DNA of 64,000 nucleotides, taken from the NCBI GenBank assembly GCA_040437565.1, contig JBDOQK010000007.1, positions 186,001 through 250,000 on the forward strand, given 5' to 3'. The DNA comes from Albugo candida. Lineage: Eukaryota. The first letter of the stretch is position 1. Each line of letters starts with the position of its first letter. Position numbers and translations under genes: made by a program. Below, piece after piece: positions 48,387 through 60,770 of this stretch. A model generated the notes under the pieces. That model ran no database searches and had not been told where the DNA came from. It saw only the letters and a list, made by a program, of their open reading frames with translations.

Positions 48387-49019
48387 TGCGCAAGATCCCC
48401 AAAACTCGTCAGGATTCTCAATGGAATCCTTATAAAGTTGATCGTAATGTTCGGGGCCGTTTATATGTGCTTGTGGTGCAGCACGTTTAATTACGGGGAA
48501 CACTTCAGTAGCCATTATCTGCTGATTGAGTAGTAAAAATTGATTAAATTCTGTCGAATCGTTTGACTGCGATCGACTATAATAGTGAGAAAAAGGCGGC
48601 TTTGTGTCTGAACACAATATCGCAATTATTGCTGCAGATATATTAGGACAAAGTGCTTTTGATTGCGCTTCCTACGAGTTGAATGGACTCGACGGAGTCA
48701 CTGATTGTGAAAGCTAAGACAAGTAACAGTAAAATGCACTGAGGAAGAATCATATAATCAATCGTGAGGCAGCGTTTTGACTTTGACGCCGTCGTCATTG
48801 CTGCAACTTTAACCTCGATGTGGATGAAATACTTTCGGCTCAAGGACAGAACATTTGTGTGCATAAAGTCAAGAAGCTCAATTTGTGCTCTGCATCTCTG
48901 TTTGGAGGGGCATGCGCAGTAATGCTCAGGTATCATCAATGAATAGTCTCAAAACTGATTCCAAAATGCGGTGTCAGGCACGCAGACCGGCAACGTCATA
49001 TAAGCGCATGTGCATCTCA
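48387..49019. repeat. 633-bp copy of 47654-48286 (ACS 5' end and upstream) across an N gap; likely unmerged overlap
   Basis: Sequence identical by eye at an offset of 733 (633 + 100 N). Confidence 0.85.
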
Positions 49020-49137
49020 TGAATCAGACTTGGCAAATGCTGAATTGTTAGCGAATTGAGCGCATGGAGATATCTGCACATTGCAGTGTGAAAATCGATT
49101 TGCTCTAATGTGTTTGCTAGTTAAACCTCCACAATAT

Positions 49138-49818
49138 CTAGACTTTTACGACTTCCCAATCTTCAACAGTGCGCTCTAAGGCGTCTTGAGGCGGTGTGTC
49201 GAATGGACCGGTTTCTAGTACAAAGCGACAATAATGCTACACCTAACTATGGTAGAAATGAAAACTATAGCCACATACCCGCTCCTCTTGGTACTTTGCG
49301 CTCTTTGAGCTTTTCTGGTTTGGATATTATCGTTCCTGTTTTCTTAGAGACTCGAAGTTTATCACCATCCTCCGTGAATCGAATAGCAATTCTCGTAGGT
49401 TTTCTATTGTCCGTATTTTCAATCAGAGATATTCAATTGTTTGCTTGGAACAGTACCCGATGGAAGGATCCACCAAATTCACATTACTATAATGCAGCGG
49501 ACCAGGCGCAAGATACGATCTTCCAGGAGCCATTGGTGTTTTCTTGACATAACGATGATGCTATCTCGAGCAAAAACATGACTGTGAGTCAACAAGCAGC
49601 CACAAATGCTCGAATATCGATACCATATTTATATTTTCTACAATCACTTTGTTCTGATCTCGTATAACTCCAACAATCTCACCTTGCTTTCCTTTGTGAG
49701 GTCCATTGATAACCTCTACAAAGTCACCACGAACAATGTGCCAATTCTTGATCAGCTCGATCGTTTTCTTCTGTGGACGAGGTCCACGACGAAAAAAAGC
49801 AGGAACTTTGGTCGCCAT
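49138..49818 (-). CDS. MRPL24: Mitochondrial ribosomal protein uL24; 4 exons
   Basis: KOW motif WHIVRGDFVEVINGPHKGKQG, PLHYSNVNLVDP, KPTRI, RVSKKTGTII, GPFDTP. Confidence 0.9.
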
Positions 49819-50284
49819 CGTGATCCGAAAGCAGTATACTGATAAAGTACCGGTATGTGATGGGTGTCATCGAATGGTAAACGCAGCTCGAGCGCATCAA
49901 AGACGATAATGCCGCACTATTATAGCTGCGCCCAGGTACATTGACAATGCAAAATAGCTCAAAATGAATTCAAAGCATATTCAGGCATGCATGGAGATCT
50001 ATTTCTCTGCAAGTGAAGGCTGTATAGATCGATAAAATACAATAAGACACATTTCGATTGTATGAAATCGATTCCGCTCCATTATGAATAGCAGTGTTGC
50101 AATCAAATTCGCTTCCATACCGAAGCGCTCACCGCTCAACAGGTACTTATGCATCAAAAGTAGCTTAGCGAGAGAAATGAGCTACTGATTCTCCGCAAAA
50201 GCCAGCACACTACGCGACATCAGTCTGCCTGTCTGTCTATATTTACAGCTAAGGCGTTTTACTCTACAATGGAGTCAGTATGCA

Positions 50285-51311
50285 ATGGAAAAGAAAAACA
50301 GCCAAGTAGAGCCAATTCACACGCATTTAACATCTACAACAAGCACACAATCTCTTCTGCCCACAAAAGCGGCAGACGGCAGCAATTCGCATCAAAGCCA
50401 TTCACAACCATCTCAATGCCAAGAAGCCTCCTGTCATGATCATCCATCGAATTTCGTGAGTTCCCCTGAAGGGAAGAAAGGAGAGATCAAGTCAAACGCT
50501 GCCATAAGAAATCTCAAAGGATTGACTGACCAAATTGCAACCATGCGGAAATATATGAATGTTTGTATCGTCAGCCATGAGATTCCAGCGACTAAATTCT
50601 GATGCAGGTGTGGATCGTGCGTGAGCAAGGTCGACGAGAAGCGTCAGCAAAACGCATTCAGCGCTGGTATCTCCATGTACTCCAGAAGGAACAGATTGTC
50701 AGAGCATGCCACACGAGCTTTAAAAGTCGAATGGATCGGATGTACGGCAGCTTGGATCGTCGTGTGTTGTATAATATTGCAGCGATACTCATTCAGACGC
50801 GGTGGCGAGCGTTTTGGAAAGAATTTGAACGATATCGATTGCCATATTTGATGTATAAAGGAATCCGATCCAAAATCAACGAATTCCGCTTCACACAGTT
50901 CGCAAAACACCTCGGCCAAAGCTGCGAGAGAATACGAGTGGTGGAGCGAGCTGTAGTGATACACGAATTTGCCTTGGGCACTTTTTGGGAAGAATTGCGC
51001 CAATACAGAATTTTTTTCCGGCATCGTCTTATCCGCGCAGTTACAAAGCTTCAGGTTTGATGAATGAAGGCGACCGCGTTTCATGAAGTCTTACAACGCA
51101 ATTGTAGCGATCGTGGCGTAGAAAGAAGGACGGAAAGAGGTGTCGGGTCGGGCCTACATATTGCGTTTACCGGCAATTGAGACTTCGAATTGACCAACAA
51201 GATGCTGAAATTACAGCGTTGAAAGTTCAAATTGCCGGAATCGTTCAACAATTGAAGGACACAGCGTTACCGAACGATACTACGGATCAACTATTTGTCG
51301 TTCCTGGATGA
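50285..51311 (+). CDS. IQ-motif (calmodulin-binding) protein with C-terminal coiled coil; at least 3 exons, start uncertain
   Basis: AKRIQRWY, AAILIQTRWRAF and spliced AVTKLQ|RSWRRK. Confidence 0.65.
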
Positions 51312-51365
51312 CCGTGTTGTTGTCGTCGCAATCTCCGGCGCAATAAGTTGGATTCTAATCAAGTA

Positions 51366-54300
51366 TTAAATCAGCACAGAATCCGAGGAGTGAAATGAAG
51401 CCTTACCATTTTTCAATTGCTCTTCTATCGCAATTTCTCGTTCACTTTTCAGATGTATGAGAGTTTCCATGCCAATCAATCTTGCAGTCGCTTTGCTTAA
51501 GCTTTCATGGAAATCCGCGTATGCATCTTTGCAATTTGGCTCCACGGCGTTTTTGATGTTTTTGATTTGATCTTCTTTTAACTTTATCTCATTTGGTGCA
51601 TTTTTCGCTTTATCGTCGTCTCGTTCATTTCCATCCAATTTATAGAGATAAGTATCCAATTTCTTGATTTTACGCTGCTCTTCAAATTCTGTATTGCAAT
51701 CAACATGGCCGTTTTGTTGCGGAATCTGAGCATTAGAATTCCATTGTATCTGGTTGGCTCCCATCATCTTTGCTTTGACTGATTCCAATTCCCTGATACT
51801 TTGATCACATCGATTTTGCAGTTCAGTAATCTTCACTTTGACCTCTTCAGACTTCAACTGCTGCTGTTCATTCATCGCCTCGATCTTTCTTTCCAGAGCC
51901 TCTTTTTGTTCAATNNNNNNNNNNNNNNNNNNNNNNNNNNNNNNNNNNNNNNNNNNNNNNNNNNNNNNNNNNNNNNNNNNNNNNNNNNNNNNNNNNNNNN
52001 NNNNNNNNNNNNNNCACTTTGACCTCTTCAGACTTCAACTGCTGCTGTTCATTCATCGCCTCGATCTTTCTTTCCAGAGCCTCGTTTTGTTCAATCAAGG
52101 TCGTCATCTCTTCAGAGCTCATACTTTTGGCTTCCACAAGCTTCTGTTCCTTCTCGAGCAGTTTTGTCTGAGCTGATTCCAAATCCTTCAAACTTTGATC
52201 ACATCGATTTTGCAGTTCACTAATCTTCACTTTGACCTCTTCAGACTTCAATTGCTGCTGTTCATTCATCGCCTCGATCTTTCTCTCCAGAGCCTCGTTT
52301 TGTTCAATCAAGGTCGTCATCTCTTCAGAGCTCATACTTTTGGCTTCCACAAGCTTCTGTTCCTTCTCGAGCAGTTTTGTCTGAGCTGATTCCAAATCCT
52401 TCATACTTTGATCACATCGATTTTGCAGTTCAGTAATCTTCACTTTGACCTCTTCAGACTTCAACTGCTGCTGTTCATTCATTTGAAGCATCTCTATTTC
52501 GAGTGTCTCTTTCTCTTTTGTCAAATTGAACACTACTACTTCGTTTTTTGCCGCTGTTAAATGGGCATCTTCAAGTCGTTTTGAAGTCTGACAGCAGTGA
52601 TCTTCCAGCTCAATAATTTTTTCTTCAAGAAGTTTCCGCTTTGTAACTTCCTGTTCACTTATCTCATGCATCCGCGTCTCCAATGTCAGCTTCTGCTCTG
52701 TTAATTCCGTATCCTTTTCTTTGCTTAGGCATTCCATAGCCTCCACACTTATTTCATCTTCCCTCGCCCGACTTTCCTGACTGCCATCATACTCTTGGAC
52801 CAAAATCCTGCTCTCAGCTTGCTTTACTTCCAGACTTTCGTTTTCGAGTATTTTTGTGTTGCTCTGTTTCAATGCAAACTTTTTCTCATAGGATATCGCC
52901 AGCTGTTCACTCTTTTCCTGCTCTAGAGATCCAAACTCGTTCTTACCAGAAACTGCTTTGTGGATCACTTCATTTTGCTCATGACGAGCAGATTGGTTCT
53001 TAGTATCCGCGGTTTTACTCAGTTCCCTTCTCTGTATCGATGTGAGCTTTGCGTCATGAAAAATATCGCGGTTTCTTTTAAGTTTCGATCCTTGACTTGA
53101 CCATTTACGATTGTCGGCGTGGAAGCGTGAAATGATGTTGAGACTCGTATCCTCAGCAAGCATGAGCATTCTCTCATTCTCAAGTAAGTGCTTTTGTATC
53201 TCACTTCCTTCCTGACGTCGCTCTTCGGGATCCAGCAACCCGTTCAATCGAAGACATAAGCGTAAGAGAGAGTCGTATCGTTCGCGGGAAACACCATATT
53301 GCGGCCAAGTAGACTTGTAAGTTTCATGATTTATTGCGCGTGTACAATCAGTATTCGTTCCGGTTGCTAGTGAGGTCCCTCGAGTCTGAATCAGCGTTGT
53401 CGTTGCACGCGATAGTCTTTTTGTCGCACTATTACAAAGTTTGGAGCAATTGCCTCCTGTTTTCAAACGATTTTGAACGCTGGATGCTGTTTTTCTGATC
53501 GATGTTGATGCGATTGGTGTCATACATCCTCCGAGAGACGGTCGTGGTATTCGACTTGGTACTTTACTNNNNNNNNNNNNNNNNNNNNNNNNNNNNNNNN
53601 NNNNNNNNNNNNNNNNNNNNNNNNNNNNNNNNNNNNNNNNNNNNNNNNNNNNNNNNNNNNNNNNNNNNACAATCAGTATTCGTTCCGGTTGCTAGTGAGG
53701 TCCCTCGAGTCTGAATCAGCGTTGTCGTTGCACGCGATAGTCTTTTTGTCGCACTATTACAAAGTTTGGAGCAATTGCCTCCTGTTTTCAAACGATTTTG
53801 AACGCTGGATGCTGTTTTTCTGATCGATGTTGATGCGATTGGTGTCATACATCCTCCGAGAGACGGTCGTGGTATTCGACTTGGTACTTTACTTGCTGTG
53901 TCCCTAGCATCCATTCACAGATGAATTAGTCTCTCTCAATCCCATTGCCATGTTAATCACCAAGTACTGACCCTGTCTTCAATGGTGTCGCACGCAAGAG
54001 TTTACTGGGCTAATAAACAGCAAATAATAAGGCAAAGTGGCCGGCAAGAGAAAAGAGTAGCGCTTTTGACCTGTGTGTGGGTATCGATTGATTCAGAGCG
54101 TTCTCGCTTCAAATGCTTTTTGACACCATCATCGATTTTCAAGTCGATTCTACAGCCACGCATTCATTACTACATGAAGAGTTTCAATGAATGAGATGTA
54201 TCACACACCTGCTCGCTTCAGCAGGCCAAATCTCGATAAATCTCCTGCATAACGTCAGTATGACGTCACCATTCGATTCATACAATTGAGGCTTACCAGT

Positions 54301-55316
54301 AGCACTGACGCGCAATTTCCCTGCTTTTCGCAGAAGCATTGCTCAATGATTCCTGCAATAATGCGTCACTGATCATGAACGAAAGAGAGAGATTGGAGCG
54401 TACCACGATCGCAACTTGTAAAGATCCTCTGAAGTAGTCAAGATGACTTTTGTTCCATACATTTAATGCTAGAAGAACATATTGCATGCAGCTGTCTCGT
54501 GTCTCTCGTTTTCTGAACATAACTTTTAGCGGGTATTGTAAAATGCCTCTTAATTTATCATCGTACCTTCCACCTGAAAGAGCAAAAAGAATTGGGCTCA
54601 GGACGTGTTTAGACGGTGCTAGCTTCATAATTTGACCAACACAATCATCCACTGCTGTTGTATTCACCTACTGGCGGTAATCATATATCAGGATTCAGTT
54701 TGAATTCGACTTGGACTTGCACCTTGTTGGAAGATCCTCTTGCTTCCAGCAAACATGGAAATACTTCACGAAGCAACATACTGCATCTCATAGCTCCAGC
54801 TGCTTCAACAAGCTTACTGAAAGTCCGACATGCTTCCTTGACTACTGGTCCACGTAAATTGAGAACCTTGCAAAAAGGGACAAACATCAGATCCAGTTAT
54901 TTATGTATATAAAAATGATTTCACACCAAATTGCGCATCGGACTGACTAGAACTTGTAAGTTTTCAACTGAGAAGAGAGAATCAAGTTTGGACCAGTTGG
55001 TGGTCTGCTCGTCGCCAGATGAATCCTTTGGATTGATATTTTCGATGTCAGCCTGAGAGCAAATCGGCTCTATTTGTGCTGAAACTCTTCCATTTTTTAT
55101 TGTTTTTGACAGCGTTTGATATCTCTCAATCAAATTGTTCAGATCATGAAGGCTTTCCAGCTGAATTTTCCAATTTTGTTCATTGCGGTCAAGTTTGGTG
55201 CAAATATCGACTAGCACGTTTGCTTTGGTACGGAACGACTACACGCATCAGAAACTGTTGATATCGGAGCCTGAATTTGCGCATAATGGAGACATTACCA
55301 TACTTCCCAAGTCCAT
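51366..55316 (-). CDS. CLASP-N/TOG domain protein with SxIP motif and long repeat-built coiled coil; multi-exon, spans two gaps
   Basis: NWKIQLESL, LNLRGPVVKEACRTF, SSNK, LSNASAKSREIARQCYW (TOG/CLASP_N-like HEAT pattern); SKVPSRIPRPS; E/K/Q-rich tail. First exon MDLGSM at 55316. Confidence 0.72.
51800..52482 (-). repeat. 213-bp (71-aa) coding tandem repeat; at least two full units plus partials, broken by gap 51915-52014
   Basis: cactttgacctcttcagacttcaa recurs at 52015, 52228 and 52441 (period 213) and again near 51835. Confidence 0.92.
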
Positions 55317-55796
55317 TTTCATTGTGCAATGTTCTGGTTGAAAAACAGATCTGTTTGAATTACTTCGTGATTGCAATTCAAACTTTTTGAATTGATAGCG
55401 ATAAATATTGACCGGTTCATGAAGATTGTGACCGCAAGCAAGAATTGGCGATGAGACTTGCTGTAGTACATCAACTCATATGCGGTCAATTGAAGTTTGC
55501 AATTCAAAATAGATCGTGAGACATATACGATGATTCTGTTTTCAAAGCAGCAAACCCATCGAATATATAGGCCAACTGCGTTATTTTTCAGAAAATATGT
55601 GTAAAATAGATCATACTTGCATCATGTACTACTTGCACAAAAGAGATAATTTCACGCGAGATAAAAAATAGAAGGTTTTTGTGGTTTATCATTGCCCTAC
55701 TTGACTTCAACATGCAGAGAGCTCCGTAATGTGTAACTTGTCGGTGTTGACTACTTTTGCCAGTCCACCTAAATAGTAGACGGTTTGGAGAGCAGA

Positions 55797-56658
55797 ATGG
55801 GTTTATTTTCATCCAAAGCCAAGTCGAACGCAAATGTGCGACGTAATACGGCTAAAGTCTCAGAACAAGACTTGGCTATCTTGGAATTGAAAAACACAAG
55901 GGATAAACTGGTAAAGTATCAATCGCGTTTGGATATTGAGATGCAGCAGCTACACGAAAGTGCGAAAAAGCTTGTGCTGGCGAAAAAAAAGGTTCTTTCA
56001 ACTTGCTTCCAGCCTTGCTATTTTCGTTCAACTCATACTTTGTAGGAGAGAGCCAAGACTGTGCTGCAAATCAGAAAATTCAAGGAACGTCAAATTAAAG
56101 AAGCTGATGTGCAACTATTGAATGTCATCCAGCTAATCGACACTGTGTCATGGGAAACAGAACAGGTCAAGGTTTTCGAAGCTATCAAAGGAGGAAATAA
56201 ACTTCTGCAATCAATTCATAAGGTAAGCTCTGTTTCCGATTAGAAGGCATACAAGTACTGATTGGTGTCTAGGACATGAATATTGAAGCTGTGGAGAAAC
56301 TAATGCTCGAAACTAGAGATGCTCGGCAGACTGAAGATGTACCTTTATTTTTTGAAGCTTCTCAATCGCCTCAAATAATTTACAACCCTTGTGTTGTAGC
56401 AAATAAGCTCTTTGATCGCGGGTTACACCTTGGACGCAAATGAAGACGCCATTCTTGATGAACTGAAAGCAATCGAAGCCCAGGAAACAGCAGCACTAGA
56501 AAAGAGTCTACCAGAGGTGCCAACAGAGCCAGTGGAACAAGGTAGATTCACAAAAATCTCAAAAAGCAATCTTTTGATTTGTCCACATAGATGCAGATGT
56601 TATCGTTCCTTCCCGTACGAAGTCGAAACGGAATTCGGAAGCGATTGCTTCAAGTTGA
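55797..56658 (+). CDS. VPS20: ESCRT-III subunit Vps20/CHMP6; 5 exons
   Basis: N-myristoylation-type start MGLFSSK, VSEQDLAILELKNTRDKLVKYQ, Snf7-like helices, LPEVPTEP MIM2-like motif. Confidence 0.92.
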
Positions 56659-57069
56659 CTCAAGAGCGAAGTGAACCATAGCTTCTCACTGACAAGCTGT
56701 CTTGGTTTCTTGTCTTATTCAGGCATTATTGCAAATGTATTTCTCTTATGATCGACTAGGTATAGTCAGAACCACACTAGAGCTTGCCAAATGTGACATT
56801 AGCGAAGGTCAGAAGTACGATATCATTCAACTATATAGAGGTTCCTGAGATTGTACCACATTTTATACCTTGCCGTTGAGGTACATCCTATACTTGTTAA
56901 ATATCAATTCACGTCATCTTAGTGTGGTTGCATCAATACGACTCGGTAACTCCTTTCGATTATGTAACATGACGCCTAGAACCTAAAGCAAGCGCCTTGA
57001 CATGATCATTGCTGACAGTATTTCAGTTAAGTTTTTAGGCGTTGCGCGTTATTACTAATTTTAACGTGG

Positions 57070-58581
57070 ATGTCGGAAGAAGAATGCGAAATTTCCACAC
57101 CTTATTGTAATCCAACTGCCTTTGGTATAAATATTTTGATATGTATGCTTCTGATTGCTACTGCAGGGATGATGGCTGGTCTCACAATGGGGCTGTTATC
57201 GCTTGACAAATTGAATATTCTCATTCTTAAGATGGAAGGCTCACTTCTCGAGAAGCGATACGCTGCAAAAGTTGCTCCAATAGTAGACCGTCATCATTTT
57301 CTTCTGGTTACTCTTCTTCTCGTCAATGCGGGCGCTAACGAAGCGCTGCCGATATTTCTGAATCGACTTGTGCCGGAAGCAATTTCCATATTACTATCAG
57401 TGACCTGTGTCCTTTTGTTCGGAGAGATATTACCCTCCGCGATCTTCACAGGACCTCAGCAGCTTCAAATTGCGGCATTTCTTTCTCCACTTGTCAAGTT
57501 TCTGATGATTGTTACATCGCCCATTTCATATCCGATCAGCAAGGTTCTCGACTATTGTTTTGGCGACGATCATGCGTTACAAAAATACAAAAGAAATGAA
57601 TTGAAGGCTTTGATCGCATTGCAGAAAGAAAGTCAACAGGCAAAATTGCATCGTCTCGATCGGGCGAGGATGGAAGCAAATATACCATATTGTCGCTCAT
57701 TCAGCAAAGGAACGTTCACCAAAGTAGATATCGCAGACTACGGGAATCTAAATTCAGAATTTCCAACTCCGCACAGAGAACTACATTCGGCTCATGGTAC
57801 GCGCCTACATCTTGATGAAGTGACGATCATCCATGGGGCATTGGATTTATCTTCGAAAACCGTTGTCGAAGTAATGATTCCAATAGCAAAAGTATATATG
57901 CTAGAGCATAGTACTAAGCTGAATCAAAACGTGATGGCGGATATCCTAGCATCGGGGCACAGCCGTATCCCAGTTTACAAAGAGCATCCGTCGAACATCA
58001 TAGGTCTATTGCTTGTCAAAAGACTGATCGTCGTGGATCCAGATGATCAACGTGCCGTAAAAGATTTGTGTCTTCGAAAACCAATTGTTACGACACCAGA
58101 TGAGTCATGCTATTCCATTTTAAACGAATTTCAGAAAGGAAGGTCCCACATTGCATTACTGACAAAAGAAGCGCAGATTGTCGAAAAGTGCTGGGAAGAA
58201 GAGAAAGACATACCACCAAATGTGGAATTTGTCGGAATTGTGACGATCGAAGACGTTATTGAGGAGCTGATACAAGAAGAAATTGAAGATGAATCGGATA
58301 TGTACGTGCAAGGGATAGTAAATCACTGGCGATCAAAAGCGAAGAAGCATACTTTTCACCCAGCCGGAAAATCTTTTGTCAAAACGAAGCTGAAGGCTTT
58401 GGCAGAGCGCGCTCGTCTTCGCGTACGGGATCGAAAGCTTCTATTGTCTGGCTCCGATCTGGACGATTTGAGGAATCGATCGATGATACAAGTGTTGTCA
58501 CCATCCCATTTCGTAGGTCATTCCGATTCTACGCAGCACCTTGAAATTATATCGGAGTCAACTCCGTTGATTAATCAGTGA
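57070..58581 (+). CDS. CNNM/DUF21-CBS metal (Mg2+) transporter family protein, copy 1
   Basis: AGMMAGLTMGLLSLD, HHFLLVTLLLVNA..NEALPIFL, FGEILP, IIHGALDL, GHSRIPVY, LNEFQKGRSH, GIVTIEDVIEEL. Confidence 0.93.
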   Translation: MSEEECEISTPYCNPTAFGINILICMLLIATAGMMAGLTMGLLSLDKLNILILKMEGSLLEKRYAAKVAPIVDRHHFLLVTLLLVNAGANEALPIFLNRLVPEAISILLSVTCVLLFGEILPSAIFTGPQQLQIAAFLSPLVKFLMIVTSPISYPISKVLDYCFGDDHALQKYKRNELKALIALQKESQQAKLHRLDRARMEANIPYCRSFSKGTFTKVDIADYGNLNSEFPTPHRELHSAHGTRLHLDEVTIIHGALDLSSKTVVEVMIPIAKVYMLEHSTKLNQNVMADILASGHSRIPVYKEHPSNIIGLLLVKRLIVVDPDDQRAVKDLCLRKPIVTTPDESCYSILNEFQKGRSHIALLTKEAQIVEKCWEEEKDIPPNVEFVGIVTIEDVIEELIQEEIEDESDMYVQGIVNHWRSKAKKHTFHPAGKSFVKTKLKALAERARLRVRDRKLLLSGSDLDDLRNRSMIQVLSPSHFVGHSDSTQHLEIISESTPLINQ

Positions 58582-58779
58582 TTCAAGAATGTATTTGATG
58601 ACACATTGCATCTGCCTTTGTCTTTCTATGTATTACGTGGCCTTGACCAAGGGTAGGAATGAATCACAGAATTATTTCAAAGAACAATAGCGCGTTTTCT
58701 TCTCGCAATATATTCGGTAAAAACTTTGTAAAAATCGCTGTTACATGGTCATCGCTATCTAAGCAAGAATTCAATCCGG

Positions 58780-59901
58780 TCAGAAAACTCGTACTTTCGA
58801 GAAAAAGCTTGCTTTCTTCCTATTTGTTGGTGGCAACTCTTTCTCGAGCTTTTCCTTCAAAACTTTTTGTCCAAGCTGTGAACAGAATGGCTTTACGTCC
58901 TGCTTCAGCACTGCGAGTGTGCTATCTTTGATGGGTTGGAACATAGATCGTTCCGGGCATCCAAGACGTAACTGAGCAAATTTTCGATCCAATGCAGTGC
59001 ATGAGACCTCAAAAGGTGATCCAGGGGCCAAGAAGTACAGATATATGTTCCATGCATACGCCTTCAAATCATCGCCTATCTTTCGATCCGCTAAATGCTC
59101 GAACCGTAAAATATGATGAGTGCACTTGAGATTCTCCGCTTTGAATTCTATCAGAATATGAAAACAACTTTGACAAAACGTTCACGAAAATATGCATTTA
59201 CTGTTTTCCAAGTACTCCAGCATTTCTTGAAACAAAATTTTGTCGTTCAAAATCTCGTCCAGTGAGTACTCGCTGGATGAGTTAATGCGCTCTTCTGTTA
59301 AAACTATTTTTGTTGGCAGATCATTATCAAAAGCCGCATCTTCAAGTGTATCCGTGCTCATCTTTTCAAGTGCTGCACGAAATACTGATTCCATATCTTT
59401 GAATTGAGGCGACTTCAAAAATCTGCCCAATGTATCCTTTTGAAGTGTCTTCACAGCATCTTTGACAGCAACTTCAAACAAATTTTGACGATAAACTCCA
59501 GGAAATTTCAAGCGTTCCATTGTGATCAATCGATCTTCCGATGGTAAGCTTACTTCACTAGGGGAATTAGTAGATAGAAATTCGGCCCATATAGTCTCTG
59601 CTAGGTTCTTGCATGTTACGGCGGCTTCGGGATCTCGAAAGTCGAGAATGGCACATTGATCCTTAAATTTATCAACGGCCATAAAGAAATTCAAATTCTC
59701 AGCACAGTACTATCAATACGATAAAAACAATGAGTAGATCGCAGTCAGTAAAATTTATAAGCATACTTGTTTTTGACAAAAGTCTAAGAGATAACCGCAT
59801 GAAATCGGATTTTGCACAATGTCGTCAATGGATAAATCCCGTCCTTTTTCGTCAAGTACACGTAGCAGACTCTCAATCTCATTCTTCCCTGTTCTAGACA
59901 T
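58780..59901 (-). CDS. Soluble protein with two tandem RGS domains, copy 1; 3 exons
   Basis: RGS1: FCQKQ|YCAENLNFFMAVDKFK...IWAEFL...SPSEVSL...LQKDTLGRFLKSPQF. RGS2: EYLE...AENL...AWNIYLYFLAPGSPFEVS...LKQD. Confidence 0.85.
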
Positions 59902-60770
59902 CCCAACTCTGTCTATGCCTTGAGCGATTCAAAACACTACTTCTCAACGAGNNNNNNNNNNNNNNNNNNNNNNNNNNNNNNNNNNNNNNNNNNNNNNNNN
60001 NNNNNNNNNNNNNNNNNNNNNNNNNNNNNNNNNNNNNNNNNNNNNNNNNNNTTTGAAGCTTCTCAATCGCCTCAAATAATTTACAACCCTTGTGTTGTAG
60101 CAAATAAGCTCTTTGATCGCGGGTTACACCTTGGACGCAAATGAAGACGCCATTCTTGATGAACTGAAAGCAATCGAAGCCCAGGAAACAGCAGCACTAG
60201 AAAAGAGTCTACCAGAGGTGCCAACAGAGCCAGTGGAACAAGGTAGATTCACAAAAATCTCAAAAAGCAATCTTTTGATTTGTCCACATAGATGCAGATG
60301 TTATCGTTCCTTCCCGTACGAAGTCGAAACGGAATTCGGAAGCGATTGCTTCAAGTTGACTCAAGAGCGAAGTGAACCATAGCTTCTCACTGACAAGCTG
60401 TCTTGGTTTCTTGTCTTATTCAGGCATTATTGCAAATGTATTTCTCTTATGATCGACTAGGTATAGTCAGAACCACACTAGAGCTTGCCAAATGTGACAT
60501 TAGCGAAGGTCAGAAGTACGATATCATTCAACTATATAGAGGTTCCTGAGATTGTACCACATTTTATACCTTGCCGTTGAGGTACATCCTATACTTGTTA
60601 AATATCAATTCACGTCATCTTAGTGTGGTTGCATCAATACGACTCGGTAACTCCTTTCGATTATGTAACATGACGCCTAGAACCTAAAGCAAGCGCCTTG
60701 ACATGATCATTGCTGACAGTATTTCAGTTAAGTTTTTAGGCGTTGCGCGTTATTACTAATTTTAACGTGG

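Larger units (their letters stand above)
7124..60051. other. Eleven 100-N scaffold gaps (7124, 11422, 17042, 24597, 30964, 36598, 42804, 48287, 51915, 53569, 59952)
   Basis: Each run is exactly 100 N, so these are placeholder gaps of unknown true size. Confidence 0.97.

Noticed and set aside
47910-48939. Twice-occurring 98-aa ORF (MMIPEHY...) and a second ACS start
   Set aside because: 633-bp gap overlap; the ORF has no recognisable features and lies in the ACS upstream region.
53344-53893. Duplicated Ser/Thr-rich segment in the CLASP-like gene
   Set aside because: 225-bp overlap across a gap, unlike the genuine 213-bp array nearby.
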